Shown here piece after piece: positions 9,156-19,773 of a stretch of DNA of 64,000 bases. Position 1 is the first letter of the stretch; every line of letters begins with the position of its first letter. The notes beneath the pieces were generated by a model. It was not told the origin of the DNA. It worked only from the letters and a program-made list of their open reading frames with translations, and searched no databases. This stretch comes from Candidatus Babeliales bacterium (GTDB taxonomy: Bacteria > Babelota > Babeliae > Babelales > RVW-14): positions 35,423 to 99,422 of the forward strand of contig JBAZSL010000002.1 of NCBI GenBank assembly GCA_041662445.1, in the 5' to 3' direction. The translations under genes and the position numbers were made by a program.

Positions 9156-11068
9156 ATAAATTTGCAGCATTTTCGCAGGGGTTTAAGGATCTTTACGCCC
9201 AAACGGATCCAGAGCTTTTAAAGCTCGAGGGAATTTCTCCCGATCAATTAGATGTTTCTCTTATGGCCGAACGATATTTCACAGAACGCGTAGCGGATAT
9301 GTCAATTGATGACAACGCTAATCACTTGCAGGATGGAAGGTCGTATGGGAATTTTTTTGCGGAAATGGCAAAAAGTAGCCTCAAAATTATTGGCTATCAT
9401 GATCTGTTTGCCATCTTAGAGCAGCAATATGGTCTTGATCGTACGCGTAAAATTTTTACCTCGTTATGGAATGGTGATCTTTATTTCCATGATAGTACTG
9501 CTATTCAGGTTCCCTATTGCTGGGCTTATTCAACCGACTTTTTACTTCACGAAGGGAATTTCTGGGGACAGCTCCATTCATTTCCACCACATCGCGCGCG
9601 TTCATTTGTCGACCAAGTCAAAGAGGTTACTATTGAGCTTGCGCAGGAAGTTGCAGGTGCAGTTGCAATCGGCGATTTGTTTGTTAATTACGCCTATTTT
9701 ATAAAAAAAGAAAATCGCGACATCTATGATCCGACAGTGCGCAAGGAAGTTGAAAATGATTTCCAGTCATTGGTACACACGCTTAACAAAAAACTGCGTC
9801 CATCACATCAATCGCCGTTTACCAATGTGTCGATTTTTGATCGTCCAAATTTAGAGTTTCTGTTTGGAGAAATCCGTTTCCCAGACGGGTCCTCTCCAGA
9901 TTTCGGCATGGTCGAAGAAATACAAAAAATATTTTGTGATTGGTTTAGTAAGGGTGATCCTTTTTCAGGCCTGCCTTATCGTTTCCCCGTGGTAACACTA
10001 AATTTACGTGTGGATCATCAGGGGGAGATTATAGACAAAAAAGCTTTAGCGTATTTTTCTCGCATTAATCTTGATAAGGGATGTTTCAATATCTACATTT
10101 CATCAGGGAATAAAGTTGCCAGTTGCTGCCGATTAACCAATGATTTTGATCTCGCTGGTTGTGATAGTTTTGGTAACGGTGGTGTTTCTCTTGGTTCTCA
10201 TCGTATTGTGACCATTAATCTTGCGCGTTTGGGCAAGCGAGCACAAACCGCAGAGAATATTCATGGACTTTTATCAGAACAACTTGAGCTGGCTGAAGAT
10301 GCTCTTATTGCACATCGACAGCTCTTGGAAAAAAGAATTAAAGATGGTTTTTTACCTTTTTTTAGATACAACCTTATGTCCATGCGTCGGCTTTTTAGTA
10401 CGTTTGGTATAAATGGTGTTTATGAATGTGTTGAAGAGATGGGTTATTCCATGCTTACTGAAGCGGGAAGAGTTCTTGCTCGTGATATTCTTGAACATAT
10501 TCGTTCTTATGCAGCCGAATGCAGTAAAAAACATGGTTGTCCTTTCAATGTTGAGCAGGTTCCTGGAGAGAGTTTGGCGGTCAAGTTTGCAGCCAAAGAT
10601 AAGTATTTGTACAACATGAAATATCCCATCTATTCAAATCAATTTATTCCACTCTGGGTTGATTGTGATATTGTCGATCGCATTAAATTCGATGGTATGT
10701 ATTCAAAGGTGCTCACTGGAGGAGGTATTTCTCACCTCAATCTCGGAGAAAAATTGACGTCTCCTGAGCAAATGAAAAAACTGATAGAATATGCCGTTAT
10801 TTGTGGCTGCGAGCATATTGCGGTGAACTATAATTTCAGCAAATGTGAGCAAGGACATGTTACTGTTGCCGGTATTGCAACGATGTGCACGCTGTGCGGT
10901 AAACGCATTGTTGAACAATATACACGTATCATTGGTTACTTTACGCCAGTTTCTTCATGGAACAAGGGGCGACAGATTGAGCACAGTCAACGTATATTCA
11001 AGAAGCACATGAGCTCGGAGCGCAGTGACCAACCAACAAAGCTTACTGACGCTTCCTCGCTTCAATAA
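9143..11068 (+). CDS. nrdD: anaerobic (class III) ribonucleoside-triphosphate reductase, short form without ATP-cone
   Basis: 641 aa. C-terminal Zn-ribbon-like C-x3-H...CTLCGKR followed by the glycyl-radical motif TRIIGYFTP. Adjacent to nrdG. Confidence 0.9.
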   Translation: MEIVNKFAAFSQGFKDLYAQTDPELLKLEGISPDQLDVSLMAERYFTERVADMSIDDNANHLQDGRSYGNFFAEMAKSSLKIIGYHDLFAILEQQYGLDRTRKIFTSLWNGDLYFHDSTAIQVPYCWAYSTDFLLHEGNFWGQLHSFPPHRARSFVDQVKEVTIELAQEVAGAVAIGDLFVNYAYFIKKENRDIYDPTVRKEVENDFQSLVHTLNKKLRPSHQSPFTNVSIFDRPNLEFLFGEIRFPDGSSPDFGMVEEIQKIFCDWFSKGDPFSGLPYRFPVVTLNLRVDHQGEIIDKKALAYFSRINLDKGCFNIYISSGNKVASCCRLTNDFDLAGCDSFGNGGVSLGSHRIVTINLARLGKRAQTAENIHGLLSEQLELAEDALIAHRQLLEKRIKDGFLPFFRYNLMSMRRLFSTFGINGVYECVEEMGYSMLTEAGRVLARDILEHIRSYAAECSKKHGCPFNVEQVPGESLAVKFAAKDKYLYNMKYPIYSNQFIPLWVDCDIVDRIKFDGMYSKVLTGGGISHLNLGEKLTSPEQMKKLIEYAVICGCEHIAVNYNFSKCEQGHVTVAGIATMCTLCGKRIVEQYTRIIGYFTPVSSWNKGRQIEHSQRIFKKHMSSERSDQPTKLTDASSLQ

Positions 11069-11846
11069 GCATAAACCATCCAGCCCGATTCCATCCGCAC
11101 ATACAAGCCAGGCCGTAAGCGATCCATCGCAACGGCCTGGCTTTATAATATAAAAGATCATGTTGCGTTACAGGTGCTTTAAGCAAGACGATATCAAGAG
11201 GCAGCAATGCTATCATGCGCCTAATCTCTTTGAAGGTGAACGCCTTGGTGCCCGGGCTTTCTTGATGATAATAAAGCGTTTTACTTACGCTGCGCCATGG
11301 TTTGCCGCGGAGAAGCGAATGTTTAAGATAGCTATAAAATGCAAAAAGAGATGAGCGATGATAGACCATGAGTTTGATAGTTCCGCCTGGCTTGGTGACA
11401 CGTACAATTTCTGCAAGACTCTTGTGCGTATCGGGAGAATGATGAATAACTCCCCACGAATAAACCAGATCAAAACTGTTATTCGCATAGGGTATTATTT
11501 CAGCATCGCCAACTTTAACTTCTGTGGCTACAAGGCCATGTAGTGCCAAGCGATGAGTGGTGTGTGCGACCGCTTCGTCGGTGAGATCGATCCCGTAGCA
11601 ATACGCTCCAGCGCGTGCCCATTGCAGAAAATCTGTTCCAGCGCCAATGCCAACTTCAAGAACTTTTTTGCCATGAAAGCGCGTGAATTGAGCGAATGAG
11701 AATATTTCAGGCTCTGTGGTATAGCGAAAATCTTCAATTGCCTGAAAGTAGGCAGGTGAGAATTTTTGTTGGTGAATAAACTCGGTACCACAGGTTTGTT
11801 TGTTCCAATAGGCTTTTACTTTTTCCTTGAGTTGTTCTGTTGTCAT
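11043..11846 (-). CDS. class I SAM-dependent methyltransferase (last gene of glycan operon)
   Basis: VLEVGIGAGTD motif I, FDLVYSWGVIHH and KPGGTIKLMVY. ATGA-type overlap with the upstream GT gene. Confidence 0.75.
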   Translation of the reverse strand: MTTEQLKEKVKAYWNKQTCGTEFIHQQKFSPAYFQAIEDFRYTTEPEIFSFAQFTRFHGKKVLEVGIGAGTDFLQWARAGAYCYGIDLTDEAVAHTTHRLALHGLVATEVKVGDAEIIPYANNSFDLVYSWGVIHHSPDTHKSLAEIVRVTKPGGTIKLMVYHRSSLFAFYSYLKHSLLRGKPWRSVSKTLYYHQESPGTKAFTFKEIRRMIALLPLDIVLLKAPVTQHDLLYYKARPLRWIAYGLACMCGWNRAGWFMLIEARKRQ

Positions 11847-13072
11847 ATGTGTGCCTTTTCCTTTAAAGTTTGTTGATAGATGTTTTGGATCGCGTATACC
11901 TGGTGTTCAAGATTGAATTGTGTAGTACACCATGCGTAAGCGTCAAGCCCCATTTGTTTATTGCGCGAGCTGTCGGTCAAAAGAAGAAATAGTGCTTCAA
12001 CCCATGACTCTTCATCATCGTGCGACAGTAAAAAGCCAGTTTTTCCGTGAATAACAAGTTCATCCAAGGGCGCCATTTTTGAAGAAATAACCGGTTTCTG
12101 CATGAAACCAGCTTCAATTATAGGACGTGCAAAGTGTCCGACAGTTGCTGGAAATACAATAACAGAGCAAGCAGCCATTGCTGCGGGTACATCAAAGCAG
12201 GGGCCAATTATTTTGAGGGATGTTCCGCATGCATTGTGTAAAACCTGTACCTGTTGTTTGAACTGTTCTGTGGGAAATAATCTTTTGGGCGATAACCGTG
12301 ATGCCCCTTTTGTATCCCATGATCCGGCAATAATAAGTTGTGCTGAAGGTAAGCGTACGAGGAGCTTTTTGAAGACGGCAAGAATGACATGTGTGCCTTT
12401 TTCTGGCGATATGCCGCCAAGGTATAAAATTTTTGGTGTTGTGGCATCGAGGTGATGCTTTCGTAAAAAACTATGAGGCGATGTTTCTTGGTCAAACAAT
12501 TTTTCATCAACGGCATTGTAGACGACGTATGTTTTGGTGCTGGTGATCCATGGCTGTGCATTGTCGTGACAAATGGGAACAATAGCCGTTGCGTAACGTT
12601 GAACACATTTTGTAATCAAATTTTTTCTGATGCCAAAATAGCCGTCAGCAAGCGGTTCTCGTATGTGCCATATGACGGGAATATTTTTTTTGTGTGCCCC
12701 TAATGCCCACCCAATAAGTGAACTGGTATTAAGATGCACAATGTCGGGTTGATAGTGTGCGTAGATGCGTGGCGCACGAATCAAAATGGTACGCATGAGA
12801 TCGATAATTGCCCTGACGAGTGTGGCAATGTGGTACCAGCGTAGCCACCATATTTTGGTATGAGGAAAATCCATGAGGTTGACCGGGCCAATGGTGGTTA
12901 TTCCCTCGTTTTTAAACAGATCAATAACAACAGAATCGTGGAGAAAAAGGACCATCGGTTCAAATCGATTGCGATCGAGCGAGCGCACAAGATAGAGCAG
13001 ACTCAATGGTGCTCCGCCGAGTCCTTTTCCGTGGTGGATAAATAAAACACGTGTCTGATGTGGGTCAGTCAT
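11843..13072 (-). CDS. GT-B glycosyltransferase (family 4-like)
   Basis: N-terminal RVLFIHHGKGLGGAPLSLLYL and C-terminal nucleotide-sugar domain (IIEAGFMQKPVISSKMAPLDELVIHGKTGFLL). 4-nt overlaps at both ends. Confidence 0.7.
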   Translation of the reverse strand: MTDPHQTRVLFIHHGKGLGGAPLSLLYLVRSLDRNRFEPMVLFLHDSVVIDLFKNEGITTIGPVNLMDFPHTKIWWLRWYHIATLVRAIIDLMRTILIRAPRIYAHYQPDIVHLNTSSLIGWALGAHKKNIPVIWHIREPLADGYFGIRKNLITKCVQRYATAIVPICHDNAQPWITSTKTYVVYNAVDEKLFDQETSPHSFLRKHHLDATTPKILYLGGISPEKGTHVILAVFKKLLVRLPSAQLIIAGSWDTKGASRLSPKRLFPTEQFKQQVQVLHNACGTSLKIIGPCFDVPAAMAACSVIVFPATVGHFARPIIEAGFMQKPVISSKMAPLDELVIHGKTGFLLSHDDEESWVEALFLLLTDSSRNKQMGLDAYAWCTTQFNLEHQVYAIQNIYQQTLKEKAHI

Positions 13073-14466
13073 AAAATTTGTGTGTTTTCTGATACAAATG
13101 GGCTGTGAACCGCTGGTACGAAATGATCCTTTGTTGGTGATGCTGCATTCTTGCGTCCAACACAGAAGTAATTAACGCCGGCCTTTTTCATGAGGACTGG
13201 ATCAAAGCAATTTCTTCCATCAAAAACTGTTTTGTCGACAAGAGACAAAAAATCATGTGCATCACACGTGCTAAATTCTTTCCACTCAGTAAGGACAACC
13301 AGAAAATCTGTTTGTTGGAGAATTTCTTTCCATGTTGACGCAAAGGAGATTTTCTGGCCATATCGAGCTCCAATGTTATCCTGCGCTGCTGGATCGTAAG
13401 CAATGATGTGGCTGCCGCGTTGGATAAGCTCATCAATAAGATCAAGCGAAGGAGCATGGCGAATGTCGTCGGTATTGGGTTTAAAGGCGAGCCCCCAGAT
13501 TCCAACGGTCTTATGTGCGAGTGTTGGGCCGTAATGGGAACAAATGCGATTGATGAACCATTGCCGTTGATAGGCGTTGATATGATCAACTTCTTGTATG
13601 AGTGTCATAGGAAAAAGATTTTCAGTGCCCATATGAATGAGCGCTTTGACATCTTTAGGAAAGCAACTGCCGCCATAGCCAATGCCAGCATTGAGAAAGT
13701 GTTTCCCAATGCGTTGGTCGCCTGATATGCCACGTTTTATTTCTTCAATATCTGCCCCAACCTTATCTGCCAGTTGTGCAAGTTGATTCATGAAGCTTAT
13801 ACGCATTGCAAGCATCGTATTGGCTGCATATTTGGTTAGCTCCGCCGATTCAATACTCATCACAACAAATTGGTGTTCGTCAGTGATAAATGATTGATAG
13901 AGGTTGCGCAAGGTGGTGGCAGCCGCTTCGGTTTCGGTGCCAACAACGATGCGATCTGGGTGGTTAAAATCATTAACAGCATCGCCCTCTTTGAGAAACT
14001 CTGGATTAGAGGCGACATCAATGTTTAATACGAGATTGCGGAGGTGAAGCTCTCGCTCAATAATATTTTTTACGGTGCGTGCAGTGCCAACCGGTACGGT
14101 CGATTTATTAACGATGAGTGCTGGATGCGTAATGGTATGGCCCACCTCGTACGCAGCGTGTTCGACATAGGATAAGTCAGCTGCTCCATTGGAGAGTGAA
14201 GGAGTTCCAACGCAATTAAAAATAACCTCTGGATGCTGAGCCATTGCCTCTTGGATGCCTGTCGCAAATGTTATGGTTCCTTTGCTTAAGGCGTCCATAA
14301 CGATGGTATCGAGTCCTGGCTCAAAAAATGGAATAGTGCTGTGTATGAGTGCGTTGATTTTGTCCTGATTGTTGTCGATGATGATGACATTATGCCCTTT
14401 GTGGGCAAAACATGCACCGGTAACAAGTCCTACGTAACCAGCTCCAATGACTGCAAGCTTTGACAT
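13069..14466 (-). CDS. ugd: UDP-glucose 6-dehydrogenase
   Basis: The ATG at 14466 is preceded by GGAGAG. Rossmann motif VIGAGYVGLVTGACFA and catalytic region GYGGSCFPKDV. The upstream in-frame extension to 14565 lacks an SD and overlaps the preceding gene. Confidence 0.9.
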   Translation of the reverse strand: MSKLAVIGAGYVGLVTGACFAHKGHNVIIIDNNQDKINALIHSTIPFFEPGLDTIVMDALSKGTITFATGIQEAMAQHPEVIFNCVGTPSLSNGAADLSYVEHAAYEVGHTITHPALIVNKSTVPVGTARTVKNIIERELHLRNLVLNIDVASNPEFLKEGDAVNDFNHPDRIVVGTETEAAATTLRNLYQSFITDEHQFVVMSIESAELTKYAANTMLAMRISFMNQLAQLADKVGADIEEIKRGISGDQRIGKHFLNAGIGYGGSCFPKDVKALIHMGTENLFPMTLIQEVDHINAYQRQWFINRICSHYGPTLAHKTVGIWGLAFKPNTDDIRHAPSLDLIDELIQRGSHIIAYDPAAQDNIGARYGQKISFASTWKEILQQTDFLVVLTEWKEFSTCDAHDFLSLVDKTVFDGRNCFDPVLMKKAGVNYFCVGRKNAASPTKDHFVPAVHSPFVSENTQIL

Positions 14467-14488
14467 TGTGACTCTCCTTTTTTGTAAC

Positions 14489-15631
14489 TTACCTGCCGCT
14501 GATGTTCTGCCAGAATTCGTAGGTCTTATCAGCGATAGCTTCGTGTGAGTACTCCGTGTGGGCACGTAGGTGCCCGCGTTTTCCGAGCTCTTTTCTTAGT
14601 TCATCATCCTGCATTAAAGTCTGTAGTTTTGCAACCAAGTCAGACTCGTTACGTTGGGCAAAAATGAGCCCCGCATTTGCAACGACATGAGGAATCTCGC
14701 CGGCATTGCTTCCGATAACTGCCACACCCGACGCCATGGCTTCTATAAGGATATGGCCGAATTGCTCACGCCACTGTGGCGTGTCATATGAAGGAAGCAC
14801 CAAGATGTCTATTTTACGCAAATACTGGGCAACTGCCTCGTGCGGGACGGGGCTACAGAGTTCTATGCGATCGAGCATCTGCCGCGTGGCGACAAAACTC
14901 TGTAATCGATGGCTTGCTGGCCCCTTGCCGATAAAGGTGAGTTTCCATGCGGGAAAATCATGCGCCACCTTCATAAAGGCGCGAGCAAGATAAAAGATTC
15001 CCTTCTCTTCGGTGATGCGTCCTATGTAACCAATATATTTGTAAGAACGCGAAATTTTTTCTTCATCAGGCTTAAAAAGTTCACGATTGATGCCAAGCTG
15101 AGGCAAGACAAGAATGGGCTTGGTAAATCCCTTTTTACGCAGCAGTCCATCGGCGCCATTGTTTCCTGCGATTGCTCCGTCTGCGCGGCGCAAATTTATT
15201 TTTTCAAGCAGGGATAAATAGAGATGGCTTTTCAACGATAGTTTTGGCTTCCAATTGATCCAGGTGAAAAAAATACTGTGCGCTTTGATGCCCATAAGAC
15301 GGGTGAAAATATTAATCTGAAAATAGCAGAGCGCACCGGCTCCTTGTTCAACATGAACAATGTCAGGTTTAAAACTTCGGAGCACGTTATAGAGTGGTTG
15401 TGGTTTGTAGATATATACAAGTTCATTGCCGGCGCCAAAGGTGTCCAAAGCGATAAATGAACAATTTGGGAGAGGTGTTTCAGTTGTTGCTTGGTGTGAA
15501 AAAAGGCAGGACGGCCAGTGTCCCGGGTATGCCACCAGTAGGCTAACTGATGGGTGGCGACGAGCAAAAAATTTCCATTTATCGCGGTTGATAGGAGAAA
15601 TATAAGTATGGCTTACAACCAATACTTTCAT
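14489..15631 (-). CDS. glycosyltransferase family 4
   Basis: GT4 C-terminal signature ILVLPSY..EQFGHILIEAMASGVAVIGSNAGEIPHVV (E-x7-E). Confidence 0.8.
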   Translation of the reverse strand: MKVLVVSHTYISPINRDKWKFFARRHPSVSLLVAYPGHWPSCLFSHQATTETPLPNCSFIALDTFGAGNELVYIYKPQPLYNVLRSFKPDIVHVEQGAGALCYFQINIFTRLMGIKAHSIFFTWINWKPKLSLKSHLYLSLLEKINLRRADGAIAGNNGADGLLRKKGFTKPILVLPQLGINRELFKPDEEKISRSYKYIGYIGRITEEKGIFYLARAFMKVAHDFPAWKLTFIGKGPASHRLQSFVATRQMLDRIELCSPVPHEAVAQYLRKIDILVLPSYDTPQWREQFGHILIEAMASGVAVIGSNAGEIPHVVANAGLIFAQRNESDLVAKLQTLMQDDELRKELGKRGHLRAHTEYSHEAIADKTYEFWQNISGR

Positions 15632-16908
15632 ATAGCATCCTGATAAAGGGTGGAACGTGGTTTATGTGGCGTTGTCCCGCGGTGCTGATGATCACATTTT
15701 TCAAACCAAGATTTAAGCTCTGGGTAAACTGTGCTTAATCCATATTTAAAAAGCGTGAAGCTTTTGTTCGGCGAAAAATTTTTTTCAACAAATTCGCGTC
15801 CATTGCGTGAAAGCGTTTCTTGTAAAATTGGGTCGGTAAGTATTTTTTCAACGTTGGCGACCATTTCATTATCGTCATTTATTGGAACAAGATATCCGGT
15901 GATATTGTTAATGACATAATCGCTGGTGCCCCCGCAGTCGGTGGCAACAACTGGTGTTCCGTGAAGTAATGCTTCAAGGCCAACAATGCCAAGTCCTTCT
16001 TGATATGACGTGATGAGTAAAAGGCTCGCACGCCGGTACAGGGCGTAAAGATCCTCGGTTGCGATTTGTCCTGTAAAGATAGTATTGCGCAACGAGTCAT
16101 AGCGTTGAAAAGAGGCCATGATTTCTGGCGATGGTTTCATGCCGACAATGTAGAGTTTGATGGTCGGTATATGCCGATAAATTCTTTCAAAAACGCGTAA
16201 AAGCATAGGAAGATTTTTCCGTGGATCACTAAAGCGCCCAACGGCCATAATAATTTTTTCACCCGACTTTACGTACTGAGGTGTAATGCGGCTTCCATCA
16301 ATAGGGTAACTACAAACGACCATATTTTCGCGGGGATGTTTGATGATGTACTCAAACTTTGATTTGGCGTACGTGCTGAGAGCAAGAATAAAATTTGCTT
16401 TGGTTAAAATTTTCCGTTCGATGCGATTCATCCAAGGATGCGCAGCTGCGTTGATAAGAGCGCGTATCCCGCGTAATTGTTTGACTCTTTCTTGGCGATC
16501 TTCGTCATAAGGCGTGCTTATCCAGAGGACAAATTTTTTGTTCGTGGCGAGCAGCGAATGTGCTGCAATGCTGGTACCACTAACCACAAAAAAGTAGTCG
16601 TAATCTTTGAGCAGCTCTTGCCATGATTGCTGGGTAAAAATATAGTGCCCTGGCTCCCAAAACGACCATCGTGTACCTATTTCCACGCTATTCATGCCAA
16701 AGTGAGATAGAGGTTTTACCGCAGAAGTGAACTTGAAGGCACGCAATTTTGTAGCGACCTCGGGCTCAAATCCGAGAAAAAATACGCGTGGTTCAAAATA
16801 GTGTTCACAAAATTGGTAAGCGCTTTTAAGGCAAGCAAGTACGCCGCCATAATTGTACGTATTGCGCAGAGATAAAATTGCAATCTTGGGTTTTATTGGC
16901 GTGCGCAT
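15628..16908 (-). CDS. glycosyltransferase family 4
   Basis: LLLITSYQEGLGIVGLEALLHGTPVVATDCGGTSDYV (E-x7-E motif). 4-nt overlap with the downstream gene. Confidence 0.8.
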   Translation of the reverse strand: MRTPIKPKIAILSLRNTYNYGGVLACLKSAYQFCEHYFEPRVFFLGFEPEVATKLRAFKFTSAVKPLSHFGMNSVEIGTRWSFWEPGHYIFTQQSWQELLKDYDYFFVVSGTSIAAHSLLATNKKFVLWISTPYDEDRQERVKQLRGIRALINAAAHPWMNRIERKILTKANFILALSTYAKSKFEYIIKHPRENMVVCSYPIDGSRITPQYVKSGEKIIMAVGRFSDPRKNLPMLLRVFERIYRHIPTIKLYIVGMKPSPEIMASFQRYDSLRNTIFTGQIATEDLYALYRRASLLLITSYQEGLGIVGLEALLHGTPVVATDCGGTSDYVINNITGYLVPINDDNEMVANVEKILTDPILQETLSRNGREFVEKNFSPNKSFTLFKYGLSTVYPELKSWFEKCDHQHRGTTPHKPRSTLYQDAI

Positions 16909-17576
16909 GTTGTATCGGTCCTTTCACCATATTTATGTGCGACAAAGAAGAGGTCTGAAGATAAAATCTGTGCATTGAGTACATGTACTCTACGTAGTGC
17001 ACCAATAATTTTTTTTGCCACAGGACGTAGCCAGGGAATAAAAAACTCGGCAAAAACGCTTGGTGGGACTATGCCCTGGGCGCTGATATGATCAACGGAA
17101 AACGTCCCGCGTTCAAGTGCTATTCGTAAAGATTCTGGCGTGTAATATCTTTTGTGCGTAAGATCGGTTCGGTGATAAAAGGTCAGATTATAAGCGGGAA
17201 GAAATCCATCATTGTTATGCGGAACCGATCCGACCAGAACCCCGTTGGGTCTACAGATGCGATAAAGTTCATTGATAAGCGATGATTCAGCGGTTATGTG
17301 CTCGATAATATCAAATGCAAGGATGGTATCAAAGCAATTATCTTCAAATGGTAGTGGCTGTTCGAGGTTGATCCTCATAAAATCTGCTCCCTTAACTCCT
17401 GCTAGATCAAGCTGATCAATGGCAACAATGCGTAGATGCGGATTTTTTTCGGCCAGCCATTCGCTGTAATAGCCATATCCAGATCCGACATCAAGAATAT
17501 CAGAACCGGCTATATTTTTCTGGATCAAGCTCACTTTAATATCGGAGAGCTTGTGCTCGATGGGGCTGCGTTCCAT
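16893..17576 (-). CDS. class I SAM-dependent methyltransferase
   Basis: ILDVGSGYGYYS motif I, FDTILAFDIIEHI and RPNGVLVGSVP. The ATG at 17576 has AAGGA 7 nt upstream. The track start at 17609 has no SD. Confidence 0.75.
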   Translation of the reverse strand: MERSPIEHKLSDIKVSLIQKNIAGSDILDVGSGYGYYSEWLAEKNPHLRIVAIDQLDLAGVKGADFMRINLEQPLPFEDNCFDTILAFDIIEHITAESSLINELYRICRPNGVLVGSVPHNNDGFLPAYNLTFYHRTDLTHKRYYTPESLRIALERGTFSVDHISAQGIVPPSVFAEFFIPWLRPVAKKIIGALRRVHVLNAQILSSDLFFVAHKYGERTDTTCARQ

Positions 17577-18601
17577 GTTCCTATCCTTGTGCCCGAAAAA
17601 ACAGGACATGCGGTGAAATATTTTTGCAGTTGCCGAGAGAGCGTAAACTCTTGCGCACGCTGGTAACCCTGTTGTCTGATGTGTGCACGCCTTTCTTCAT
17701 GCCCTAGATACAAGGTAACCTTATTAACGAGTTCTTCAAGATTTCCAAAACAAGCAACGCTTTCTTCTTCTTTAAAGTACTCACAAGCTTGCTCCTGGGT
17801 TCGTTGCGTGAGTAGAAAAGTTGAACTTGCGGGTACTTCAAAAGTACGCATATTATGCGAGCCAACGTTCTGTATACGGATAAAATTAAGGACGATTTTT
17901 GATGAACGGAAAATCTTAATGAGGGTTTGATGATAAACGGCGGGACCGCGCACGCATTCCTTGAGATGTATATCAGTGCTCTGTTTTTCCCATTGATTAC
18001 CCCAGATTGCAAGCTTCATGTTTGGCAATGCGGCATGAAGAGCTGCAAGCCAGTATTCGCGTTCAGGCTCCCATGTGCCAACAAAACACACATCGGCGGT
18101 ATATTTTTTGTGTTCTTCTTCGGTGATGGTTATCGGCTGATTGAATATTGTCTCATCGTAGGCGAAGGGAAAATGGCATACGTGGCTGCAGCCTGCTGCA
18201 TGGAGGGGGGTAATAAGCATGTGAGACCAGGATAAAAAACAATCAAGTTCAGGGAGCCGCTCAAGAACGGTGGCCTTAGAGTTGTGGTTCCATAGCGTAA
18301 ATGGATTGTCGGTATAAAAATTTATTATTTTGCAGCGGATGTGGTGCTTGATAGTACGCAGTGTATGAGCGGAGATGTTTTCAGCTTTGATGAGAAAAAT
18401 GAGCTCGGGCCGAAATTTTTGAGCCGTATGTATAAACGCGTAATCATGGTATGCCGGTGGCGCGAACCGAATAAACCCTGTTGGTCGTGTGTTATATGGT
18501 ATAACGTTGTGCCCTTGCCCTATCAACGCGCGCAGAAACGATGTTGCGTAAGTGTATACCGATGGATCAGAGGCGAATGCTCCGGCGAGAAGTATTTTCA
18601 T
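17531..18601 (-). CDS. CgeB-like glycosyltransferase (Glyco_trans_1_2-type C-terminal domain)
   Basis: C-terminal pattern KIVLNF...NMRTFEVPASSTFLLTQ...EYFKEEESVACFGNLEELVNKVTLYLGHEERRAHIRQQGY resembles the CgeB/DUF3880 GT-B family. Confidence 0.55.
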   Translation of the reverse strand: MKILLAGAFASDPSVYTYATSFLRALIGQGHNVIPYNTRPTGFIRFAPPAYHDYAFIHTAQKFRPELIFLIKAENISAHTLRTIKHHIRCKIINFYTDNPFTLWNHNSKATVLERLPELDCFLSWSHMLITPLHAAGCSHVCHFPFAYDETIFNQPITITEEEHKKYTADVCFVGTWEPEREYWLAALHAALPNMKLAIWGNQWEKQSTDIHLKECVRGPAVYHQTLIKIFRSSKIVLNFIRIQNVGSHNMRTFEVPASSTFLLTQRTQEQACEYFKEEESVACFGNLEELVNKVTLYLGHEERRAHIRQQGYQRAQEFTLSRQLQKYFTACPVFSGTRIGTWNAAPSSTSSPILK

Positions 18602-19773
18602 GAAATCGCTTTCAGCACATCGGCGTAGGCCTGATATATCTTATTACCGTACGTGTTCCACGAAAATGATTGTATACGTGGTTGTCCTTGCATTCCCATT
18701 TCAACCGCCTCAGCCTGATGGCGATAACACCATTCAATTTTTTCAGCAAGGCCGGCAATGTCACCTGGTTGAATGAGAAAACCGTGAATATTATCAGTGA
18801 TAAGCTCTGGTCCTGCGCTGGCGGTGCTACAAATTACGGGCAGACCGCTTGCCATCGCTTCACCAATGACCATGCCAAATCCATCTTCAAGTGATGGCAA
18901 TACAAAAAGAGATGCCTGTTGGTAGAGCGTGCGCAATTTTTGGCGGTCAACCGGACCGGTAAAGATGACGTTGGCAGAAATACGAAGCCGTGGAGCAATT
19001 GAGGTAAAATCTTTTGTTAGTGCGCCAACAATAAGCAATTCACTTTCATGCTTAGGCACGTTGAGTTTATCCCACGCCTGAAGAAGATTCTGAATGCCCT
19101 TGCGCAAGGAAACGAGGCCGACAACAATGACACGAAATTTTTGTTTTTGCGGTGGAGTCATCATGTCGTGCGAAAAATACTTAGTATCAACACCACACGG
19201 CACCATGAGAACTTTTTGAGGCGATATGCCCTGATCAATAAAGCTTTGCCGTGCAAATGACGAAAGTGTCATGATGTAATCAGCCGTGTGATACTCAGTG
19301 CACATTTTTTCGATAGTCCGTTGATCAATCGGTGCATATGCAATGCCCCAACGACGATACTCCTCGTGCAAGATTCTTTGTTGCGCTGCTATATGACATG
19401 ATCCCGATTCGATAATGACTTTTGCTCCTGCTCTGCGTGCTGCCGGTATGGAATGTGCGGCATAATGTGCCCAGCCAATAAATAGATCAAAGGGCGCCAG
19501 AGCCTCGAGCCTTTTACTGACATGTTTATCAAAAAGATTGTCTTTAAAAACATTAAATCGTGATGTGTTAAAAAATCTACCAGCCTGTAGCTTTACAAAG
19601 CTGTCATTGAGCAGCTTGCTTATGTGCGCAACGTGGACAAACTGTTCGGGAATGTTTGTATCTTGTGCTGTGTAATCAAAGGTAAAAAATTGGCGCAAGC
19701 TGTGGCGTAAGGCTAATTGATGTGCTAGATGATGTGCATGAAATCGTCCGCCCGCAGAAACGACGATGTTCAT
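18598..19773 (-). CDS. glycosyltransferase family 4
   Basis: LFVLPSLEDGFGMVIGEAMASGLPVICSTASAGPELI (E-x7-E). 4-nt overlaps at both ends. Confidence 0.8.
   Translation of the reverse strand: MNIVVSAGGRFHAHHLAHQLALRHSLRQFFTFDYTAQDTNIPEQFVHVAHISKLLNDSFVKLQAGRFFNTSRFNVFKDNLFDKHVSKRLEALAPFDLFIGWAHYAAHSIPAARRAGAKVIIESGSCHIAAQQRILHEEYRRWGIAYAPIDQRTIEKMCTEYHTADYIMTLSSFARQSFIDQGISPQKVLMVPCGVDTKYFSHDMMTPPQKQKFRVIVVGLVSLRKGIQNLLQAWDKLNVPKHESELLIVGALTKDFTSIAPRLRISANVIFTGPVDRQKLRTLYQQASLFVLPSLEDGFGMVIGEAMASGLPVICSTASAGPELITDNIHGFLIQPGDIAGLAEKIEWCYRHQAEAVEMGMQGQPRIQSFSWNTYGNKIYQAYADVLKAIS

Noticed and set aside
11043-11068. 26-nt convergent 3' overlap of nrdD and the methyltransferase gene
   Set aside because: It results from a low-complexity C-terminal tail of NrdD. 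Convergent end overlaps are common in compact genomes, and no structure is evident.
14467-14565. 33-codon upstream extension of ugd
   Set aside because: It overlaps the preceding GT4 gene. The internal ATG at 14466 has a GGAGAG SD and starts directly at the Rossmann motif.
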